A DNA stretch of 64,000 nt from Escherichia coli (lineage in GTDB: Bacteria; Pseudomonadota; Gammaproteobacteria; Enterobacterales; Enterobacteriaceae). Shown here in pieces: positions 1-7,701 of the stretch (the stretch's first letter is position 1; every line of letters starts with the position of its first letter). The position numbers and the translations under genes were made by a program. The stretch lies in NCBI RefSeq assembly GCF_024502345.1, contig NZ_JALDNN010000001.1. One strand, given 5' to 3'. The notes below the pieces were generated by a model. It did not search any database. It had not been told where the DNA came from and was given only the letters and a program-made list of their open reading frames with translations.

Positions 1-46
1 AATAAGTGTCCGGATCAGCGTGGAATCCGCACAAATCCTGCATCGG

Positions 47-487
47 TCAGCGTCCCACCTGTGCAGAGGCCCAGCGCACGATGTCCTGCGAGCCCATGGC
101 GCCTGCCTGGCGGGCGATCTCACGTCCGCCCTGGAACAGGGCGAGCGTCGGAATGCTGCGGATACCGAACTGCGCGGCCAGGTGGGGCTCAGCCTCGGTG
201 TTCACCTTTGCCAGCCTGATCCCGGGTTCGAGCTGGCGCGCGGCTTGTTGAAACTGCGGCGCCATCATCTTGCACGGCCCGCACCAGGGCGCCCAGAAAT
301 CGACCAGCAGCGGCAGATCGCTGCGCTCCACGTGGCGCGAGAACGTCGCCGTCGTCAACTCGATGGGCTCGCCGGTGAACAAGGGCTGCTGGCAGCGGCC
401 GCAGTTGGAACGATCCGCGAGCTTGGCGGCCGGCACGCTGTTGATGGACTGGCAATGTGGGCAGACGATGTGGAGTTCATTTTTCAT
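47..487 (-). CDS. Thioredoxin, TrxC-like with N-terminal zinc finger (LHR Trx-GI)
   Basis: 146 aa. CPHC...CGRC zinc-finger pair followed by the WCGPC active site. 11-nt overlap with the upstream orf11. Confidence 0.9.
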   Translation of the reverse strand: MKNELHIVCPHCQSINSVPAAKLADRSNCGRCQQPLFTGEPIELTTATFSRHVERSDLPLLVDFWAPWCGPCKMMAPQFQQAARQLEPGIRLAKVNTEAEPHLAAQFGIRSIPTLALFQGGREIARQAGAMGSQDIVRWASAQVGR

Positions 488-1628
488 GGTTCGCTTGCTT
501 GGACTGCGGTGAGGTTGCCTCGCTTCGGATCACCGACATCGCCGACCAATTTACGCCTTTGATCCAATCGTTCCCGTCTTCGCTCACGCCGGCATCTTCC
601 ACGTGAGCCGCAATGAAGGCTTCGGCTTGAATGAGCCCCGCTCTGACAGCATCTATCTTATTAGGCATCCGCAGGATTTCAGCAGCGCAGCCTGCATCCA
701 GCCCATCCACCCGGATAAGCAGAAAAATGCGGCGCCACAAGTGCGGCATACCCTTCATCAGGTCGAATGCAAATGCGAATTCGCTCGATCTGTCACCAAT
801 TTCCTCCTGTTCGGCGATTGCTGCTGGGTCGGGAAGCCGACTATCAGCCATGACGTCGGCCAGGCTGAGTGCGTCATCAGGCTGATAAAACTCGTAGAAC
901 TCTTCCTCTACCATGGCCTCCGCCATGTCCTGCGCATCCGCTTCGACCGGCGCATCCAGCGAAACGGCCTCGCCATATTGCCGGCTGTTTGCCACTTCGC
1001 GATCAATGACGGCAAAAAGATGCTTCAAAAGATCGAGGTAAGCGGCATTTTCTTCTGGAACGGATGTCCATACCGATTCAGCCAGAGCAATCGCTTCGTC
1101 CACCACGTCGTGCAGCGTCGGATAATCGCGAGGCAAATCACCGGCGGCATGCAGATAAGCCAACTCGCGTTGCGCAACGGCCTCAACCTTCGGCAGCAGC
1201 GTCTCGATTATCCCGCGTGCTTGCTGGACGACAGAGGCAGGTTGAGTGTCGATCCGCGCCTTGAGCTCGCGCAAGCGTTCACGACGCGCCTTACGCTTGA
1301 TTTGATCCTGAGCGCTCAGCCGATCAAAGTGCTTCTTGGCCTGCCGGAACAACGCCTGCGCTAGCATGTGCGCGAGAGGCGTCAGATCGTTATGCGATGC
1401 AGTGACGCTGACGATTTTTTTGCCCGGCAAGTGCATGTGGCCACTGGCCGTTAAGCGAGATCCTTTTTTCGCGCGTTCGAGGACGATTTGAAGACGTACC
1501 GAATCTTCGGAGCGCTTTTCGATCAGCGGCTTGAGAGCGGGTTCAACCGCTTTTTCTACAGACATTCGCCAAGGTTCATGAAATTCTTTTTCGACGAGTC
1601 GATAGCTATATTGTATACGCATGCTCAA
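477..1628 (-). CDS. LHR orf11, hypothetical protein (possible HPF/RaiA-like N-terminus and sigma70 region-4-like C-terminus)
   Basis: 383-aa ORF in the conserved LHR position between hdeD and trx. Acidic central linker. Domain guesses come from motif patterns only. Confidence 0.7.
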   Translation of the reverse strand: MSMRIQYSYRLVEKEFHEPWRMSVEKAVEPALKPLIEKRSEDSVRLQIVLERAKKGSRLTASGHMHLPGKKIVSVTASHNDLTPLAHMLAQALFRQAKKHFDRLSAQDQIKRKARRERLRELKARIDTQPASVVQQARGIIETLLPKVEAVAQRELAYLHAAGDLPRDYPTLHDVVDEAIALAESVWTSVPEENAAYLDLLKHLFAVIDREVANSRQYGEAVSLDAPVEADAQDMAEAMVEEEFYEFYQPDDALSLADVMADSRLPDPAAIAEQEEIGDRSSEFAFAFDLMKGMPHLWRRIFLLIRVDGLDAGCAAEILRMPNKIDAVRAGLIQAEAFIAAHVEDAGVSEDGNDWIKGVNWSAMSVIRSEATSPQSKQANHEK

Positions 1629-1720
1629 GTCCTTTAGGGTTGTCCGCCCAGGTGAGTGGACCCGGGTGATTGGATATGTTGATTTTCAAAGATGATCTTA
1701 CGGTTTGGTTTTTCACGCCC

Positions 1721-2332
1721 TTACCTCTGACGCGCTTTGCGCAAACGCCAACTAAGAAGCAAAAGAGTCATACCGAAGATCGCAGCATGGAAACCCAATA
1801 CCCAGCCCGCGGCCAGAAATGATTCGATCGGGCGGGTAAAAAACATCCATAGGATGATCGCACCGAGGAGCACGGAAAGCAGCCCGCTGAGGGCAAGCCA
1901 GATCTCGCCCTTGATTTCCCGGCGCAGACGAACGGCGGCGGATATCTCCAGCATACCGGTGAAAATTGCCCAGAATGCCACGCTTACCCACAAGAAATAG
2001 GCCAACGCCAAAGTGGCAGCCAGAGGGGCAACTACCACAACGACACCGGTGAGTATGCCGACGATGCCGCTGAACAACAGCCAGCCCCAGCGCTGCTTTT
2101 GCCGCATTTGCCGCACCGCTGCAACCAGGTTGAACGCACCATTGACCAAAGAAAATGCGCCGAACACTATCGTCATGGCGAACAAAGCCGAGTGTGGCAT
2201 CCAGAATGCGAGGACTGCAAAAATCAACGCGAATATGCCGCGCAGCGCAAACAACCACCAATTTTGGGTCAGTGAACACACGGCATCGGCAGGGTTATCC
2301 GCATTCGAATCGGCGATGGTATTTGCATTCAT
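1721..2332 (-). CDS. hdeD: HdeD-family acid-resistance membrane protein (HdeD-GI)
   Basis: 203 aa with about six hydrophobic helices and repeated xGxxxxxxG helices typical of HdeD/DUF308. In the LHR position. Confidence 0.85.
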   Translation of the reverse strand: MNANTIADSNADNPADAVCSLTQNWWLFALRGIFALIFAVLAFWMPHSALFAMTIVFGAFSLVNGAFNLVAAVRQMRQKQRWGWLLFSGIVGILTGVVVVVAPLAATLALAYFLWVSVAFWAIFTGMLEISAAVRLRREIKGEIWLALSGLLSVLLGAIILWMFFTRPIESFLAAGWVLGFHAAIFGMTLLLLSWRLRKARQR

Positions 2333-2384
2333 GCGATATCTCCTTGATGGATCATGAGATCAGGAAAATCAAGCCTTCATCGCG

Positions 2385-2411
2385 AAGAGAGGGGCTATTC
2401 GCCCCTCTCTT
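2385..2411 (-). terminator. GC-rich hairpin just downstream of yfdX2 (no U-tract)
   Basis: Perfect 11-bp stem AAGAGAGGGGC/GCCCCTCTCTT with a 5-nt loop, 7 nt after the yfdX2 stop. Confidence 0.35.
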
Positions 2412-2417
2412 GCGGTT

Positions 2418-3305
2418 TTAGAACAGCTTTGACAGTCTCGCCTTGATTTCATCGAGCCAGCCTTTTCCGCTCCCGCCTCCGGCCGTCTTTTCCTTGACTT
2501 TCTTGAGTTCAGAGTACAGGGGCTCAAAGTCCTTCTTTTTGCCATAGCCCAGCAGTTCTGCCATTTCCAACTGCTGCCGGGCTTCGTTTAACAAGTCCTG
2601 CAGGCGTTCACCGGACGCCTCGCTGCGCTGGCCATCTTCTGTCAAGGTCTCGGCGCGCTTGACGAGCAGTTTGGCGCGCAGGATGGGCAGCGGGATGACG
2701 CTGAGTGTCTCGACGAGCGTGCCGAGCGCCAACTGCAGCGCGGCCTTGGCCTCTTCGATCTTGCCCTGATCGATCAGCGGCACGACGGATTTCACGGCTG
2801 CCGGGTAAGTCGCCAGAGGGATGTTGGTGACCGCAATCACGATTTCGCTGGCCAGCAATGCCAACACGCGACGAGCGCGTTGCACCTCGCCATGTTTGAG
2901 GGCATCCAGCGCCTCGTCAGTCATCGCCTCAACGGTTTCCGTGTTGGCGAACAAGTCGTGCACGATGGTGCGCACATCAACGGGGGCCAGGGCGAGCGTG
3001 GGTTCGCGTGCAACGATCAGCTCCAGCTTTCCCGTCACTTCGGCCAGCGTTGCCAGTGCTCGCGCGGATTCTTTTTCGTCCAGGGCCGCCAGCGCTGATT
3101 TGGTCAGCGCCAAGGCCGAGACGGCCTCATCGAGGACTTGTTTACGTTTGTCTGCCGCTTGCGAGTCCGTTTCCTTCTGAACCTCAGGCTGTACCTCCGT
3201 GACGACTTCAGGCTTGGGCTCTGGTCTGGCAGGAAGGCTGCTTACCGCGGCCTGTTCGTTCGTGCCTTCGTTGATCGCGTTGGGATTCGATGTTTGCTCA
3301 TTCAT
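2418..3305 (-). CDS. YfdX-family protein (YfdX2), no obvious signal peptide
   Basis: 295 aa. Paralogous to the next gene (shared ...LGYGKK.DF.P......K..E.K.AGG.SG.GW.DE.K.R..KLF C-terminus). Polar, Pro/Glu-rich N-terminus. Confidence 0.85.
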   Translation of the reverse strand: MNEQTSNPNAINEGTNEQAAVSSLPARPEPKPEVVTEVQPEVQKETDSQAADKRKQVLDEAVSALALTKSALAALDEKESARALATLAEVTGKLELIVAREPTLALAPVDVRTIVHDLFANTETVEAMTDEALDALKHGEVQRARRVLALLASEIVIAVTNIPLATYPAAVKSVVPLIDQGKIEEAKAALQLALGTLVETLSVIPLPILRAKLLVKRAETLTEDGQRSEASGERLQDLLNEARQQLEMAELLGYGKKKDFEPLYSELKKVKEKTAGGGSGKGWLDEIKARLSKLF

Positions 3306-3349
3306 GGTGATATGCCTCGTATGAGATAGTGAAAATAGGGGAATCTATT

Positions 3350-3398
3350 GGGGCCGACTGCGAATATCGCGAGACTGACCGATGGAGCAGTCGGCCCC
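3350..3398 (-). terminator. GC-rich hairpin downstream of yfdX1
   Basis: 12-bp stem GGGGCCGACTGC/GCAGTCGGCCCC with a 25-nt loop, 10 nt after the yfdX1 stop. Confidence 0.3.
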
Positions 3399-3407
3399 TT
3401 CATCACC

Positions 3408-4322
3408 TCAAAACAGCTTTTGGATGCGCGTCTTCAACTCGTCGAACCATCCATTGCCGCTTTTGCCACCAGCCGACTTTTGCTCAATGGACTTCACCTG
3501 ATCGAAGATGGGTTTGAAGTCCTCCTTCTTGCCATAACCCAGGATTTGCGCCAGCTCGATCTCCGTGCGCACGGACGACAGCAAGGTGCTGAGCTCCTCG
3601 TTCTGCTTGGCATCGCGCTTGTCAGTCTCGGCCAGCTTTTCAGCTTTTGCCATCGCGGCTTCGGCCCGTAGCACGGGCAGAGGGAGTACAACTTGGGTGA
3701 CCACCAGCGTGTTCAGTGCTCGGGCGAGTTCCGCCTTGGCGTTGTCGATCTTGCCGCTGTCGATGAGCCGTGCGGCCGACTTGATCGCTGCCGGGTACGT
3801 TGCCATCGGCAGGTTGTCGGTTTCGATCACGATTTCGCTGGCAAGATTGGCAACAATGGGCCGTGCCTTTTGCACCTCGCCATCATCCAACAACTCCTGA
3901 GACAACTTGACCGCTTTCTTGACCGATTCCACGTCGGCGTGGATGTCATGGGTGATGACGCTTACATCGACGGGCGCCAAAGCAATTTTTGGCTCACGCG
4001 CCAATACCAGTTCCAGCTTTCCGCTGGCCAGTTCCAGCGCAGCGAGCGCCTCCTTGGTCTTCTTTGCATCAAGGAGGATCAATGCCTCATGGGTCTTGGC
4101 CAGCGCAGTGATTGCATCTTGGGCGAGTTCGGCGCGCTTCTTCGCGGCTTCCCGGGCGACCTTGTCATCTACCTGTGGCAGCGCCGCTTTGGATGCGGCA
4201 GAGGGTGCTGCAGCACCTGGGCTAGAACCTGCCGCCGATTGGGCCAGAGCCGGTCCGCTCAGTCCGACGACGACCGCCAGGGCAAGTGCGGAGAAGATGT
4301 ATTGTGGCTGTTTGATATTCAT
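3408..4322 (-). CDS. YfdX-family protein (YfdX1) with Sec signal peptide
   Basis: Start chosen at MNIKQPQYIFSALALAVVVGLSGPALA-QS (signal peptide with an AxA site). YfdX C-terminal motif shared with YfdX2. Confidence 0.85.
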   Translation of the reverse strand: MNIKQPQYIFSALALAVVVGLSGPALAQSAAGSSPGAAAPSAASKAALPQVDDKVAREAAKKRAELAQDAITALAKTHEALILLDAKKTKEALAALELASGKLELVLAREPKIALAPVDVSVITHDIHADVESVKKAVKLSQELLDDGEVQKARPIVANLASEIVIETDNLPMATYPAAIKSAARLIDSGKIDNAKAELARALNTLVVTQVVLPLPVLRAEAAMAKAEKLAETDKRDAKQNEELSTLLSSVRTEIELAQILGYGKKEDFKPIFDQVKSIEQKSAGGKSGNGWFDELKTRIQKLF

Positions 4323-4343
4323 GATGTTGGACTCCAATTGAAG

Positions 4344-4802
4344 TTAATTGACTGAAATTTCAATCTGTTTCGGTTTGGCTTGCTCGGCCTTGACAAGCCG
4401 CACTTCCAGCACGCCGTCTTTCATGGAAGCCGTCACCTTGGTCGGATCAACGTTGTCAGGCAAGACAAAGCTGCGCACAAAGCGGCCATACGCACGTTCG
4501 ATGCGGTGGAACTTCTTGCCCTGCTCCTCTTTTTCCAGTTTGCGCTCGCCGCTGATGGTGAGCACACCGTTTTCCGCGCTGACGCGCACGGCATCCTTGG
4601 GGACCTCCGGCAGATCCAGCTTGAGGAGGAATGCGTTCTCATCCTCGCTGATGTCCACCATTGGTGCCCAGTCCGCCGTGGTCATGGCTTCGTTGCCGGT
4701 ACGGGCGCCCTGTCGCTGGGGTGTCCGTCCCAACATCGTCGCCAGGCGGTTTTGCAATTCATCCAGTTCCCGGAAGGGGTCCCACGGAGTCAATGCAGAC
4801 AT
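4344..4802 (-). CDS. Small heat-shock protein, alpha-crystallin/Hsp20 family (sHSP-GI)
   Basis: Start chosen at MSALTPWDPFRELDELQNRL. Contains the alpha-crystallin domain (...AENGVLTISGERK...GRFVRSFVLP...DGVLEV). Confidence 0.9.
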   Translation of the reverse strand: MSALTPWDPFRELDELQNRLATMLGRTPQRQGARTGNEAMTTADWAPMVDISEDENAFLLKLDLPEVPKDAVRVSAENGVLTISGERKLEKEEQGKKFHRIERAYGRFVRSFVLPDNVDPTKVTASMKDGVLEVRLVKAEQAKPKQIEISVN

Positions 4803-4896
4803 ATCGGTTCTCCTTGAACAATGCCGGTGAATTGGATGACGCACCGAACAGAGCCGCCGGCTCACTCTGAATAGCGCCTATTACTTTTCGTTTCTA

Positions 4897-6213
4897 TCAA
4901 GAACAGGCCATGAGCAAGAATAGTCCATGAAGCAATAGCGCATGTCCCATCTCGTGATAGGCCACGGTTTCCCGCTCCTTCGGATTGAGCACACGGTTCT
5001 TCCTTTCCAGGCCGGCCACGATGCGCTCGATGGCGGCGGTGAAGTCTTGCAGCTCCACAGCCTGCGCCTTGCGCCGCGTCGCGTTCAGCGCTGCTTCGTT
5101 CACGAGATTGGCCAGATCAGCGCCGGAAAAGCCGGTGGTCAACGCCGCCACCTGTTCCAGATCTACACCGTGGGCCAGGGTGATCTTCTTGACATGGACC
5201 TTCAGGATATCCAGGCGACCTTTCTTGTCGGGACGGTCCACCAGCACCTGACGGTCGAAGCGACCGGCACGAAGCAAGGCCTGATCGAGGATTTCGGGGC
5301 GGTTGGTGGCGGCGAGGATGATCAGCCCGACCGAGCTGTCGAAGCCATCCATTTCGGTGAGCAACTGGTTCAGCGTCTGCTCACGCTCGTCGTGTCCGCC
5401 GGTCGGTCCTCCGACACCGCGTGCGCGGCCCAAAGCATCCAGCTCATCAATGAAGATGATCGCCGGCGCCTGCCCGCGCGCCTGCTCGAACAGGTCGCGC
5501 ACGCGCGCCGCACCCACGCCGACGAACATCTCGACGAACTCCGAGCCTGAGATGGAAAAGAACGGTACCCCGGCCTCGCCCGCCACGGCCTTGGCCAGCA
5601 GGGTCTTGCCCGTGCCCGGCGGGCCAACCAGCAACACACCTTTCGGGATGCGCGCGCCGAGGCGGCCGTAATCCTGCGGGTTCTTCAGGAAGTCGACGAT
5701 TTCGACCAGCTCGGCCTTGGCCTCATCGACACCCGCGACATCGGCAAAGGTGACGCCGGTGTTCTTCTCCATGAACACCTTGGCGCGGCTCTTGCCGATG
5801 CTCAGGAAGCCGCCCATGCCCTGCTTCTCGGCGAAGCGGCGGAACAGGAAGAACCAGACGCCGAAGAAGGCCACCGCCGGCAGAATCCAGGAGAGCACAT
5901 CACGTAGCCAGGTGCTTTCCACCACCCGCGCGTAGGGCACCTCGTACTTGGACAGCCGCTCGGCCAGGTCGGGTTCGACGCGAGTGGCCACGATGGTGGT
6001 CTTGCCCCGGCTGTCCGGCGATTTCAGGCGCCCGGTGACCGTGCGGTCCGACACCAGCACTTCGGCGACGCGCCCCTCGGCCAGCGCCTTCTCGAATTCG
6101 CTGTAGGGCACGGGCTCGACGGTCTTGGCCGCCTGCCAGTAGTTCTGCAGCGTCAGCAGCAACAGGCCGGCGACGATCCAGTAGCCAATGTTCCATTGAT
6201 CTTTCTTTTCCAT
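4897..6213 (-). CDS. FtsH-family AAA+ metalloprotease, 3'-truncated immediately after the HEXXH motif
   Basis: N-terminal TM helices, Walker A GPPGTGKT, Walker [12 protein letters not shown] region. Ends ...YHEMGHAL then 12 unrelated residues and a stop, so roughly the last 180 aa of a normal FtsH are absent. Confidence 0.8.
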   Translation of the reverse strand: MEKKDQWNIGYWIVAGLLLLTLQNYWQAAKTVEPVPYSEFEKALAEGRVAEVLVSDRTVTGRLKSPDSRGKTTIVATRVEPDLAERLSKYEVPYARVVESTWLRDVLSWILPAVAFFGVWFFLFRRFAEKQGMGGFLSIGKSRAKVFMEKNTGVTFADVAGVDEAKAELVEIVDFLKNPQDYGRLGARIPKGVLLVGPPGTGKTLLAKAVAGEAGVPFFSISGSEFVEMFVGVGAARVRDLFEQARGQAPAIIFIDELDALGRARGVGGPTGGHDEREQTLNQLLTEMDGFDSSVGLIILAATNRPEILDQALLRAGRFDRQVLVDRPDKKGRLDILKVHVKKITLAHGVDLEQVAALTTGFSGADLANLVNEAALNATRRKAQAVELQDFTAAIERIVAGLERKNRVLNPKERETVAYHEMGHALLLHGLFLLMACS

Positions 6214-6240
6214 GGGCAATGTTCCTCGCAAGTCGTGCCG

Positions 6241-7701
6241 CTAGAGAATGGGGGTGAACAGACGGGCCACCCCGTCGCGCAAGCGCATGGCCAGCGGGTG
6301 GGCGCGCAACGCCTTCGCCGATATCTCGCCCGACACATCACGAGCGGCATCAAAAAGGGATGACAGCCGCGTAGACAACGCGGTGTCGTACACCTCCACA
6401 TTGAACTCGAAGTTGAGGCGCAAACTGCGCGCATCCCAATTGGCCGAACCCAGGCAGCACCACGCTCCGTCTACCAGCATCAGCTTGCTGTGGTCGAACG
6501 GGCCAGGCCGTTCGAAGATGCGCACACCGTGCTCCAGCACCTGCCAGTAGTGGGCGCGCGCGGCCCATTGCACCGTGGGATGGTCGCCGTTTGCGGGCGT
6601 CAGCACGTCGATACGCACGCCGCGCAACGCGGCCGTGCTCAGCGCCGCGATCATCGGCTGATCGGGGACGAAGTAAGGTGTCCAGATGCGCACCGAATGC
6701 TTCGCCGCGCTCAAAGCGCCCATGAAGGTCCAGCGCATCCGGTCCAGGGCCTCGTCGGGACCGGCCTCGATGCCGCGCGCCCAACTGGTTCCCGGCTCAT
6801 CAGCCGTTACGGGCGGTTCGCCCCAGAAACCCTCGTTGAGCCGCTCGCCCGTGGTATCGCACCAATCATCGGTGAAGCTCCGCATCAGATGCTCCACCAC
6901 CGGCCCGCGCAGACGAAAGTGCAAATCGTGACAGGCCTGGTCCGGCGCATCGGGCCGCCAGTACGGGCTGAAGATGTTCAATCCGCCGGTGAAACCCGTC
7001 TCGCCATCGATCACCAGCAGCTTGCGGTGATTCCGCAGATGCGCGGCATGCAGGCGCGCGGGAATCAATGTCGGGTTGAACGTCGCCGCCGGAACGCCGG
7101 CGCGCTGCAAGGCGCGGTAGGCGCTGCGGGGCGTCCAGCGGGCATACACGTCGTCGATCAGCACCCGCACTTGCACGCCGCGCTCATGAGCCCGGCGCAG
7201 CGCATCGACGAACTGCGCCCCGATGCCTTGGCTGTCGAAGATGTACGAGGTCAAGGCGACGCTGTACCGCGCCGATTCGATGGCGGCGAGCATGGCCGGG
7301 TAGGCCTGCTCGCCATCGACAAGCGGCTCGATGCGGTTGCCGCCGGTCAGCGACTGGCCGGTGGCGCGTCCCACCAGGTGGGCCAGACCGGCAAGTGGCG
7401 GCGATACAGCCTCGGGTATCGTGGGCGAGAGATCCTGCCGAACAGCAGGATCTGCCCCCGGGAAGAGCCGCCGCGCCCGCCGCTGGTAACGGTTGATGCC
7501 GAACAGCCCATACAGCAGCGAACCGCCCAGCGGCAGCAAGGCGATCAGCAGTACCCACAGCGTGGCCGATCGAGGGTCACGCTTGTAGATGACCGCATGC
7601 CCCGCTGTGGGGATAGCGACCGCCAGCGACACGAGGGTGGCTGCCCATGTCAGCCCATTGGGGTCGGACACGACAGCCTCCCATCGCTCAAGATTCGCCA
7701 T
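6241..7701 (-). CDS. Cardiolipin synthase / phospholipase D family protein
   Basis: Start chosen at MANLERWE (ATG 7701). Two N-terminal TM helices and two HKD motifs (HRKLLVID..., HSKLMLVD...). 14-nt overlap with the clpK stop. Confidence 0.9.
   Translation of the reverse strand: MANLERWEAVVSDPNGLTWAATLVSLAVAIPTAGHAVIYKRDPRSATLWVLLIALLPLGGSLLYGLFGINRYQRRARRLFPGADPAVRQDLSPTIPEAVSPPLAGLAHLVGRATGQSLTGGNRIEPLVDGEQAYPAMLAAIESARYSVALTSYIFDSQGIGAQFVDALRRAHERGVQVRVLIDDVYARWTPRSAYRALQRAGVPAATFNPTLIPARLHAAHLRNHRKLLVIDGETGFTGGLNIFSPYWRPDAPDQACHDLHFRLRGPVVEHLMRSFTDDWCDTTGERLNEGFWGEPPVTADEPGTSWARGIEAGPDEALDRMRWTFMGALSAAKHSVRIWTPYFVPDQPMIAALSTAALRGVRIDVLTPANGDHPTVQWAARAHYWQVLEHGVRIFERPGPFDHSKLMLVDGAWCCLGSANWDARSLRLNFEFNVEVYDTALSTRLSSLFDAARDVSGEISAKALRAHPLAMRLRDGVARLFTPIL

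Noticed and set aside
1-43. Possible start of the next LHR gene (ATG at 43, minus strand, MQDLCGFHADPDTY...), expected to be kefB
   Set aside because: Only 14 codons are visible, and they do not look like a KefB N-terminal TM helix. This is too little to support a feature.
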